A stretch of DNA of 64,000 nt from Gordius albopunctatus (lineage: Eukaryota). Within the stretch, counting starts at the first letter, position 1; the number at the start of each line of letters is the position of its first letter. Below are positions 53,814 through 64,000 of the stretch, piece by piece. The position numbers and the translations under genes are program-made. The notes under the pieces are model-generated. The model did not search any database, was not told the DNA's origin, and saw nothing but the letters and a program-made list of their open reading frames with translations. The DNA is taken from the NCBI GenBank assembly GCA_964276515.1, contig OZ193909.1, positions 13,330,001 to 13,394,000 of the forward strand. Reading direction: 5' to 3'.

Positions 53814-54428
53814 TCGCCGCCAAGACCTTTTTTGGTATTTACGTTAGTAATTAAAATATTTTGCTATTCTCTGGCCTCAACCCACATAAAAACTCATTAT
53901 TAATCAACAGTACAGTGTACAGAGGATATGTAAACGATGTATGAAGGAACTAACACAAACGCAACTCCTAATCTCAATATTTAATTCTTATATAATTTAA
54001 ATTTGCGTCAAAAGGTCGTCAAATAAAATTTTCAACATAAAACTTAATTTCAATCAGGGGGGGGCGAAACACTAATTTTTTCCAATTTTTACATAAATTT
54101 ACATTAAAAAATAGAAAAATTCTCATTCAGGGGGGGGCGGCCGCCCCCCCCTGCCCCCCCCCTGCCTACGCCCATGAATAGCCGCGTACTGGAATAAATT
54201 ATTACCCAGCCTACCAGCAGCTATCCATCCTATCCGTTTATCTAACTCGGGATTTTCTGTGAATTTGGGATTATGAAGTGGTGTAAAGGCATCGTTAATA
54301 TAGCTCGTGTCTACGATGGAAAATATTGAAACGGGGTTGGGTAGTGTAAAATTATAATATTTTAAAAATATGTAGCCTAGTAGAATTAGCTGGAAGGCGA
54401 TTAATAATTTATAGGCTTTTTTATCCAT
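52793..54428 (-). CDS. Alpha-1,2-fucosyltransferase (GT11, galactoside 2-alpha-L-fucosyltransferase-like), interrupted by a MITE; 384 aa once the insertion and one TSD copy are removed
   Basis: Type II membrane anchor (KLLIAFQLILLGYIFL). GT11 motifs GRLGNNLFQYA, VGIHVRRTD, FVVCSDD and DLAILSSCNYSIMTQGTFGWWSGYL. Removing 481 bp gives a stop-free 1155-nt ORF reading ...FQYAAIYALAKRTGR.... Whether it is functional or a young pseudogene is unresolved. Confidence 0.88.
53704..54176. mobile_element. hAT-type MITE, CATGGGC family (long young form, 473 bp), inserted in the fucosyltransferase CDS
   Basis: TIRs CATGGGCGTAG/CTACGCCCATG and a perfect 8-bp TSD AATAGCCG (53696-53703, 54177-54184). Near-identical to 35102-35518. 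Confidence 0.95.
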
Positions 54429-54799
54429 CAATAAAACTCAAACAAGATTGCGTTTTAATGCTAATTTTGATCACCATATCCACAAATGTATGCCATCTTC
54501 CATTTGTTGAATCAATAATGATTTAAAATTTAAATAAACAGAAGCCAAATTTGTTTACATAAAATGGGTATTTAAAGATCGCTGTAAACGTAATCATTTG
54601 CTTTAAACAGCCTTCAGCAGATATTATAGGTATAATATTAATTCAAAAATAGTCCCGACCTACCTAGACGCCCTTAGGCTAATATTTGATACCACCCGCC
54701 CCCCCCTTGATTGTAAACATCAAATCATACCATAGACTATAGAGAGTGTTTATGTGGTGATCCGTAACCAGCCAGCACGCTGGAGGAAGGTTTTGAAAG

Positions 54800-55850
54800 A
54801 AATGTTTTTTTCCATAAATCAAATGTCATTACATTTGATATAAAAAGAAAAAATGAATATACATCTGTTTCAAAATTGCGTTTTTCGCCTTCCTTGAAGG
54901 AATCGCATAGGCAGAGTGGGTGGGGTAAAAGGTGGATCGAAGCATCCGATCCGAGTATGAATGGCCTCCGTGATGGCTTTAAACGTTGGCCAGGACGCTA
55001 AATTTAGGAAAGATGGTATCCGGTAGTCTCGGCTGTACCATAATGTTATTCCAAGATTTCCTTCTCGACAACAGGTTTTTCTAGGCCGTTTATTCTACAT
55101 TTCAGCGCTACATGTTGCGACATGAACAAAAGAGGAAGAATTTAAAATTGGCGATGTTCATATAGGCCCAAAAATTTATTAAAATGTCGAAATGGCTAAC
55201 AGTCCTACCTTGGAATGGTATCAAAAGGTTAGAGTTAGCTTCTCTTAGGTAACATATGAGTCAAATGGAACAATTCAGCTTTAGATAAGAATATTTATAT
55301 CAAGATATGATACAAAAACTGTTTTGGGGCAAAGTTGTAGTCTATGTGTGTGCGGTCCTTAGCAACTGTAACGGCCAACTCCTCGATCTTAATTAAAATT
55401 AAGGAGCGGATGCCAGGAGGGTGTTTCACTCCGGGCGAGTACCAGTGGAGAAGCACTGCGGGAGAACAGGAAAATGGTAAATTTTTATATCAAGAAGTAA
55501 ATCGTCTTTATAGTCTTAAGAATGCCGTCAAGGAGTTGGCATTGGAATGGCAAGAGATTAGAAAATGGGTAAAAAACCAAATTGTCGCAGACCTCACTTG
55601 CATCAAATTATTATTATTAGATGGCACTTCTATAGAAGGCCTGCTAATCAATGGCAATTGGCTTAAAACCATATTATTGATATGCAATTTATTATTTATA
55701 TGTATCATGCTAGTCAGTGATACTTTTTAAATTCCTAATATTCTAGTTGGCAGGACCGATACTAGAAGCAGGTAGGACAAAACGATCTTCTGATGAGTAG
55801 GGATCGAATCATTAGCGCTTAAAGAATAGGGACGGACTCAGGCAGCCCTT
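54800..55850 (+). mobile_element. Possible decayed non-LTR retrotransposon (RT) fragment
   Basis: Broken RT-like peptides: DGIR* near 55012, EFKIGDVHI near 55138, QGVGI near 55530. Many stops and frameshifts. Confidence 0.3.
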
Positions 55851-55920
55851 TTCAAAATATACGGACTACTGGCAATTATCTTAAACGGCTCTTTGCATTT
55901 CTCTTTTATGAAACACATGC

Positions 55921-56076
55921 TCGGGGGAAAACAGTAAAGAAACACTGATCCCCCCTCCAAATCCAAAAATTTATAAATTTTAATAAAAGTTTTGTGAAAG
56001 TTATAAAAAATACCATTTTGCCTTCCTTAAATAATTTTTGCCCCCCCCCATACTTTAAATCCTCGCTAGGCCCATG
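55921..56076. mobile_element. hAT-type MITE, CATGGGC family (degenerate left end)
   Basis: Family core, right end GCTAGGCCCATG, flanks ACACATGC/ACACATGT. Confidence 0.65.
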
Positions 56077-56242
56077 ACACATGTATTTAATTCTAATTTT
56101 ATTAAATTTAATTAATCCCAATATTTTGCCTGATTTAAGAATTATTTTTGAAACCATTTTTAAAATAGGATTCAAAAAACTATGAAAAATATTAATTTAA
56201 ATTATATACTCGGTTTTATCATTAACTTAAACGTCTAACAGG

Positions 56243-56950
56243 CAAGCGCGTAGCCAGGATTTTCTCGATGGGGGGGGGCGAAGCTGGCAAATTTTTTTTA
56301 CATTTTTTTTGTAATTAAAAATAAAAATCAAACAACCAAAAATTCGGGCTTGCTGCTGGGCCCACTCGGCTAAGGGGTCGGGCAGGCTACCGTTGTAAAT
56401 CCTGGGCAAGCACCATAATGAGATTTTTTATATAGTTTACTATTTTTTTGTCTTTCTATTTATAAAAATTCTAGAATTAGATCGAAATTCTTTGAATGAT
56501 TTGGGCCCGGCTGTTTGGACAGCATTAGTGAATTGGACAATTAAAGGGTTTTGGCTGGCCTTGGCAGGCCATTTAATTATCAAATAGCAGAAAATTTTAG
56601 ACAAATATGATAAATGATAAAGGTATTAATATTATATAGTATGAGGAACATTATAATAATCGCTAAGTTATCTGCTTCCTGGAGCGATCTGGTGTATTCA
56701 CGGGAAATAAATGTTCAAACAAGATTTTTCCATAGCAATTTTCACAATCATATTCGGAAATTTTAGGATGCATTTTGTCAAAAATTAAATCAAAAAATTA
56801 ATTGTATATATTATGTGTCTAGATTTTATAAGTGTCTTAAAGTTTTTGATGTAACTAAACTATTGTATTTTGACCCATTTAATTTAGTTATTAATCAAAA
56901 AACTTTTTAAATTTTGGCCGAGGGCCCCCCCCCCCTTATTTACGCCACTG
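56243..56950. mobile_element. hAT-type non-autonomous element, 708 bp
   Basis: Ends CAAGCGCGTAGCC ... TTTACGCCACTG with a perfect 8-bp TSD CTAACAGG. Confidence 0.8.
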
Positions 56951-57620
56951 CTAACAGGTCAAAGCAGTCCAAAATTCCACTGGCAGTATTTCATTCATTA
57001 CTTTTAGAGAAAATAATGGTTAATGATTAATGAATTCGTAAAAGAGTTTATGAGTAAGGTTACTAAATTTAGACACGCCTAAACCTTGATACATTAAGTC
57101 ATGTTTCGGACAGTATTTAATATATTAAATCTTATGAAAAGATATAGTGCGACGAAATGAATACTAAAAATCATTTTAAATTCACAATTATATATCTTAA
57201 CAAATTGTATTGCTAACACATCTCACTATTTATGCAGGTTAGGTATTAAAATTTTAATATATCATATTTAGGCCCCCATATTAAAAATAGTTTTATTTCA
57301 GGAGATTGATATATGATTCTAATTTATAGAAGGGGACACGTCAAAAATAATTATGGTGGACAAGAAGGTGTCGCCAACTGCCTCAGCTAAGATAACTAGA
57401 AATCATCATAATTTAAGGAATCTGCTAAGGATCTGCAGAAACTCTGAATTTTCTACTTGGGATCGCAATTATTTAAAGAATGGTTTTAATTTGCTTCTCG
57501 CGGCAAAAAAATATCCTAAATAAACGATGTAGAAAGAGGGAATGAAGGAAAAAGTTTAATTACTTTAAAAGATTTTTATTAAAACATAGATAAAATTAAT
57601 ATTTACCTTATAATTAAGTC

Positions 57621-57779
57621 AAAAGGGGAAGCCAGGGAGGGACGGTTGCCCCTTCTGAAGCTAGAAATTCTTAAAAATTTATATAATTATGACTTAAATT
57701 GCAAAAAATTATTATTTTGGCCCTCCAGAATCATTATTCCCCACCCCCCCCTTTGAATACAATTCTGGCTAAGTCCATG
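57621..57779. mobile_element. hAT-type MITE, CATGGGC family (old copy)
   Basis: Family core; perfect TSD ATTAAGTC. Confidence 0.72.
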
Positions 57780-59228
57780 ATTAAGTCTACATATAAATGT
57801 GCTCAATTTTTACAGGGTTCCTTATTAATTGAAGTTGGGATTGATGTTGGACGATAAGATTTGATTAAATATTTATATTTGGCATAATTCGATGGTTTAA
57901 TTTTAAAAACATGACTGCTACAGTTTTAAACCTATGAAGGCATGCGTTGATTCAACACTCATAAGATTTTTATAAATCAAATGTACCCCTCCCATCCAAC
58001 ACACATCGCCTAAAGCGTGGAAAAATAATTGCTTAGTGAAAATGGCATAGATAGAATCCTGCTAAAATTAAATCATATTTAAAGCCTTTTAAAATTTAAG
58101 TGATAAAATTTATATAAAACTAGTTCCTTGAGTCATAACTGGAACTTTATTGAGTTACTAGGAAATGCATTAACTTTTTATTTGAAAGTAATGTAACCTA
58201 ACAACTAGTTCTTTGGAAACCAAACGTAATAAAGTGTCGCCCTTAAAAAGACAAAAGCAAATATGTTAATTTTTTAAAAACAAATGTTTATACTTTTTTA
58301 ATTTAAGGCATTTGTAATTTGTATTTCCTGAACTGATTTTGAAAAGCGTCTTTGACCGATTAGTTCATTTTTAATTTTTATGTTACCATAGAAGATGGCG
58401 TAATTGAGTCATTTAAAGCTTGTCTAAACTCAGTCTATAATTTTATGTTTTAATAATGAAATGAACTCTGAAGCGCAGCTGCTAGTTTTAACAAATACCC
58501 TAATTTTTCTAACTTGCGTTTTAGCACACGATCTTTTTAAATCTATTCTAATTTGAATTCTAAGTTAAAATTTTTCAAAATTTAACAACAATTGTTGTCT
58601 GGCCTCTTTTAACACGTAACACTTCCAAAATAGCATAGCCAGTTTAGATGTTTCCTATTAAATTTAACAATTGTTTCGCAAAAAATATTTTTTCTACCAT
58701 GTCTTAGTATATCATCAGCATATGCAAACTAAGGCCATTCACTTCGTGGTTTAGCGGTGGTTGGATTTGTTTAAACTAGTTGGGATTGGGAAGGAGAGTA
58801 AAGCTGTTAGCAAGCTGCACAAGATATACTTGAAGGATATGCGTGCAAAAAAGCGGAAAGTGCTATCTTTTCTTTAATTTAGATTATGTAGTGATGCTAA
58901 CGCTTAACCGAGAATAAGCCATTGCAATGATGAATGCTGCATCCTTAGCTTCTAGGATGAGCCGACCGCATGACCAATCTCTCCCAGCATAAATGTGCGC
59001 TGTGTAAGTTAAGATGGGATAATAAAGTAAGGCTGTTGTTAAGAAAATGTTAACGGCAAATGTAAAGCTAACCATCCACTCTGCTACATGCAACACCGTT
59101 TTATACCATCATCTCCTTTCGCATCGTGAAACATAAAATTACAATATTCAAAGCTAAATTGCCCCTTTTTCCTTTGTATGATATTCATTTTTGATTAGGA
59201 ACGGGTCTAAAATTCTCTTGCTTCGCAA

Positions 59229-62200
59229 ATGACTAGCGTCATGGCGCCGCCACTAGTGAATCAAGTAAAAACTCCAGCGGACGCAGCATCGCTTCAAAAA
59301 ACGACTGATGGGCAGAATAAGGAGCAAGGAATGCCGCGTGGACATTTGAGAAAAAATGGGAGTCTACGGAGAAAAAATGAAGATGGCCCTCAAAATGGGA
59401 AGTATTGGAATGCCAATGGATCATTCAGATCGGTATTGGGTGGGGGTGGGGGGTATATGCAAAGACCCATATCGATTCATCAAATACCCCCGAGCAACAA
59501 TTACCCTTTTGCACCACCCAACCCTAACTTCAATTTCAATGGTTGCACAAGGCCCATTCTGGATATGAGATTAAAGTCGTCAACTCTCGCTAACAATTAC
59601 ATGGCCTCTCAGCAGCAAGCCACAAATTTTTTGCACGAAATTTACAACGGGAATCATAATGGCGTGGGTAAGCAATATTTTAACAGCAACTTGGTGGGCC
59701 ACGGTAAAAGTAGCTTGCCTTACGCTTTGCCCACTAATTCATGGCAACCCGGGGGGATTAAACCTCCCACAGGAATTTTATGCTTTAACAACATGACTTC
59801 TGGGCCTGGCGGTGCGAATTGCATCGAGCCCCGTTATCAACCTCATATAATGCCAAGCCATCATTCACCATTTTCATTTAATTACAGCAACAATAACTAC
59901 AATTATTATCATTACAACAACAAGTATTACAATGGACAAAGTGGACTGGGTTGGCAAGATAACCCTAAACTGAATGCGGGAAGCGGGGGTGCGAACGGTA
60001 TTTATTACATAAAAAATAATTACGGCGACATCAATAATCACGTCAACAACGGTGCAGGTGAGCTTAATAGGGGCGGTGGTCCTGAACCGGTTAAAAGTAA
60101 AGGGCCTCTCGCTAAAAGGACTAGTGGGGACACCGTATATTTTAACACACCACCTTTACAAATGGGTAAATTTGAGTTTTTACAACATTTTAAAGTTCGA
60201 GTGAATGTCATCAATATCGCTTTACTCTTATTCATAAATGATTAGTGTCGGTTTTCTATGCTAGATGGCCAATCTAAGTCACTTTAATTATATAAAACTT
60301 CATCCATATTTATGATATGACTACATTATATATTATAAGATTGATCAAAAACAATTTTAGGTGAGAAAGTATGAAGAAATTGATTATCATTCAAATGTTG
60401 TGTTAGACGTGTCATCTAATCATACATATTTGTTCATAGGCGTAGTCAAGGGGGGGGGTGCTAGGGAATGGCAGCTGCCCCCCTCTAAATCCAAAAAGTT
60501 GTTGAAATTAATTAAATCTATGGCAAAATTTTCAAAAAATGATTCTTTTGCCCCTCCATAAATCATTTCCCAATGCTGACCATGTCCATGTATTTGTTCC
60601 ACTTTCGTTTGCAGGTAAACCGGTGGGAGCGGCTGTAGCAAGCGAACCATCTATATTTGTAAGTCCCAAGGGTGAAACCTACAAATTAGTGAGTGTTAAC
60701 GGGACCAGCTACGTGGTTCCTTGCTCACCGACCGATATTATAACCAATGGCAATACCCCAAATGCCATGTTCAATGGTGGTGATAGTGGATTTTATGGAG
60801 GCGGTATACCATCTACTTACGATCCCTACAAGGCCCCATCTAAAGTTCCCACCTTCCACAACACCATAAACAAAGGTAGATACTAGAGCACCTTAAAACA
60901 GTTGCGGGCGTTCCTTTTAGGAATAATTATGGAAAGGAGGGGGGGGGCAGGGGGTTAAAAATATAACTGCAATTGACGACACTAGTGCCAACTAATGCCT
61001 TTCATTAAAGTTTCAATTCTTCCTTTCTCTGAGCGAAAAAAGAGGTTCAGGACTTAATGCACTAAAAACTTAAAGATCTGCGTTCATTTTTTTAAATTGA
61101 TGTTAGACTTGAAATATTGTGACAAGACCTTTTCCCCATAATAAAGAAACCCCCAGTTGTTTTGTCAAATGAAGATTAAAAAGCCTTAAATTTGAAAGTC
61201 ACTCCTTAAATTTATGAGATAAGGCAGTATGTTTATTTTATTTCAAATCCCATGAGGTCAAAAAATAGTTTTGTTCATTAACAATCATAACTTAAAAAAC
61301 AAAATTTTACCAACTTCCCTTTTTCAAATTAGCGCCGCTAGGTCAAGCTTAATATTATTCTAAATCTTTTAAATTATAAACTGCTCTTTAGTCATAATCC
61401 CTGATGATCATAGGGAAAAGCATTTCGTTAACTGTTCTACAATTAGCCCTTGTTTTTTAGCAAATTAAATTTAAACATTTTTAGTTTCAACTAGTCAAAT
61501 AAAATTATCTTCCAACGCGAAAAGTGTCAACGCCTTCCCTCAAGTGCATAAAAAGGCCGTAAATTCGACGGAAACAATTTCAAAGCTCGAAGTAATTGAC
61601 GTCACCTTAAAATATGATCCTTTCATCCGCTGTTTTAATTCACTTTATGTATTACTTGTTTTGATGTGTCAGTCAGGCAGGTCCGATTTTAAATGGAGAA
61701 GATTTCAAGCATTTTTGACCAAATTCGTATTAAAAAAATATGCTTGTTAGCCCTTGGCGATATACCCCAGGCTGTCTATGCATCTTTCAATTTTATGAAT
61801 TATCAGTGTTTTGTTCAGCTGTATCGAGATGGTAAATCATTTTTATCCGAATACTCACCAGAGAGCAAATTAAATAAGGTTCCTATTGTAATTTAATCTC
61901 ACACTTTTTCAAATGAAATTAACCTATACATCTCATGGGTTTTATTGACATATAAAATTTGCTAAATTTCTCGACCCCATCGAGTTATAAAATCCCGGGG
62001 GATTTTAAACTACCCCACCCACTTAAAAAAATACTGTTTTAAATGCATGCCGTGCTTTCGCCTAATTTTAACGTATTACCACCATGCGTTTAGAGGACAC
62101 GACTGAAAAGCTTAGGCGTGTTTGGTGTTTTAATTAAAAAATAGTTTATTACCAACTGCCTTAGTTTCAGATTCATCCAAAGTTACCTAGTTAACAACTT

Positions 62201-62565
62201 ATTTCACTCCGCATCCTTACCTTATTATACTTGCAGAAGGCAGTCTCGGCAACTACCAATGTTGCTATGATCCATTCCACTGAGCCTAATAGCAAAGATG
62301 AAGAATCTACTATATCAAGCACTACAAATAATTCTATAGATCCCAGTGACAAATCTCCGGACAAATTATTATCACCTGTGGCAGAAAATGACAAACAAGT
62401 GCAAATCACCAAATTTTCTGATATCGCACTAAACGAAGATGAAAAAATTACTACTGAAAACTATTCTGATGGATCTTTGCTAAATTCTCATTCGTCACTT
62501 TTGGAGGAATTGAAAATGGCTATAGATTCTGAAAATCGCGTAACTAATGGAGGGTTAGATGAAAG
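59229..62565 (+). CDS. 5' part of an unidentified multi-exon gene with an N/G/Y/P-rich low-complexity N-terminus; continues beyond the window
   Basis: Phase-compatible exons 59229-60165, 60615-60875, 61485-61591 and 62237-62565 (GT-AG; phases 1, 1, 0, ending phase 2 at AG|GTAATG). An acceptor TTAG at 59198 precedes the ATG. No domain recognised. Confidence 0.7.
60435..60590. mobile_element. hAT-type MITE, CATGGGC family
   Basis: CATAGGCGTAGTC...CATGTCCATG with a perfect TSD TATTTGTT. Confidence 0.82.
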
Positions 62566-62599
62566 GTAATGACATTTGAAAATATAAATTTCTATTGCA

Positions 62600-63574
62600 G
62601 ATCTGAAAAGGGTCTTTTTAGAAGGCAGCCCGTACGTACCCGTTTTCAAAACTTTTAGGCCCACTCAAGCCCGCCCCTATCCCTTTGAATTTTCAAGCCC
62701 GCCCCAGCCTGTGCTAATTTATACTTCAGGCCAGGCCCCCTATCAAGATTGGCCGGTAGCCTCGGCCCAAATCGAATTTTAGCGCTTTTACTAATTCTAC
62801 ATTTTAATTTATAAAAATTTCCTGAATAAATACTCTAAATGTTGTGATTTGTTCAATATCACTTTTTAAATATTATTCCCTGATTTTTTTCCTACAAAAA
62901 TGGGGTAGTAAAAAAAACTTTTCCCGATATTATCATTAAATAAAATTAGAAGAATATTAGGTGTTTAAAATTTTTGTCCAGATACATATCCACTTGTCCA
63001 TAGTTGCGCACACAGTCCTTTCTAAGCTTAATTTGTATTTCTGGAAATTGGTAATGTCAATTATAAGATGCATTAAATCCTACAATACCAATTTAATTTG
63101 TTGGCATTCGATAAATAAATTTTAAAATGTATTATAAAGTATCTTAAACTGTCAGTAATCAGTTTTGAACAGAAATGTTGCTTTAATAAGTTATATAATA
63201 AAAATATAGTCATGTACTAGGAAATAAAATAAAACATGAGCATTATTTAATACACGATGCAAAAGGAATGAAGGTGACAGGTATGAATGTTCAATAAGTG
63301 CATTGACAAAAAATTAAAGCCATTTAATCATATTTTGTCATCAAAAATTTTCATACCAATTACGAAGAATCTATATTTAATTAAAAATGTAAGAAAATAC
63401 TCTCTAAAAGCCCGTTTGTGATCGGTATAAATTCAGGGACCATTTATAGAATTTTATGCTATAGTATAAGTCCTTTATGAATCTTGTTTGGCCCGCCCGG
63501 ACTCAGTCCGTTAATATTTTTTTATTTTCAAGGCCCGTTTGTACCTGCCCACGGACCGGGCTTTTAGGTCCCTG
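62600..63574. mobile_element. Degenerate MITE with GCCCG subterminal arrays
   Basis: GCCCG(C/T) clusters at ~62625-62770 and ~63490-63560, and a right end GGGCTTTTAGGTCCCTG (hAT-like CAGGG terminus). A similar degenerate element lies at ~38203-39330. Confidence 0.45.
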
Positions 63575-64000
63575 TTTATCCTTTTTTTGAATTAAGGGGT
63601 TAAATAAGTGCGTTTTTATCTCCTATTTAATAAACGTTTTTCACCTTACTATCTACGTTTATACCATACCCAAAACTCAAATTTTATATTTTTGAATAAC
63701 ACTATAAAATGATCACTAAATTTAGATTATAGATTCACAACAATATTTTGCTTTTTAAATCTTAAATATAAGCTAATAAATACATCACTCATTTTATATT
63801 TGAATTTTTATAAAATTCAATCTTTTGAATCTTCCATGGTGCTATATTTATATCCTATTTATATTTAAATCACTTTTTATTGATATTTTTTTAAAGTGTT
63901 ATCAAGTGCAAACTCTACCCGGAATGGACCACTAGTCAACTTGGCTCTCAAAAAAGCCTCCAAGTAATCATTTTTATACTTTTTAAATTCCAGTAGCCCT

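Noticed and set aside
52793..54428. Intronless GT11 gene as a bacterial horizontal transfer
   Set aside because: It has an N-terminal type II membrane anchor and animal-like motifs, and single-exon GT11 CDSs are normal in animals. A phylogeny would be needed to claim transfer.

Overview
AT-rich, intron-containing genomic DNA from an invertebrate animal; the species cannot be identified from the window. There are four protein-coding loci. (1) A 58-aa SMIM30/DUF4730-type microprotein gene at 672-848 (+), too short for the ORF track. (2) A complete afadin/canoe (AF-6) gene at 10339-50570 (+), assembled by hand into 27 phase-compatible coding exons (6027 nt, 2008 aa; RA-RA-FHA-DIL-PDZ plus C-terminal motifs). 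The ~9.7 kb intron that splits its PDZ domain holds an unexplained intact 601-codon sense ORF. (3) An otherwise intact single-exon GT11 alpha-1,2-fucosyltransferase at 52793-54428 (-), interrupted by a 473-bp hAT-type MITE with a perfect 8-bp target-site duplication (TSD). The MITE carries GT/AG signals that could splice it out in frame. (4) The 5' exons of an unidentified gene with an N/G/Y/P-rich N-terminus, from 59229 (+) to beyond the window. The remainder is dense with non-autonomous DNA transposons (hAT MITEs with 8-bp TSDs, deleted BED/hAT elements, Helitron-like, piggyBac-like and Tc1-like MITEs) and LTR remnants. No tRNA, rRNA or CRISPR array was recognised. All exon models come from reading the sequence and from recalled family motifs, not from transcript data or database searches.
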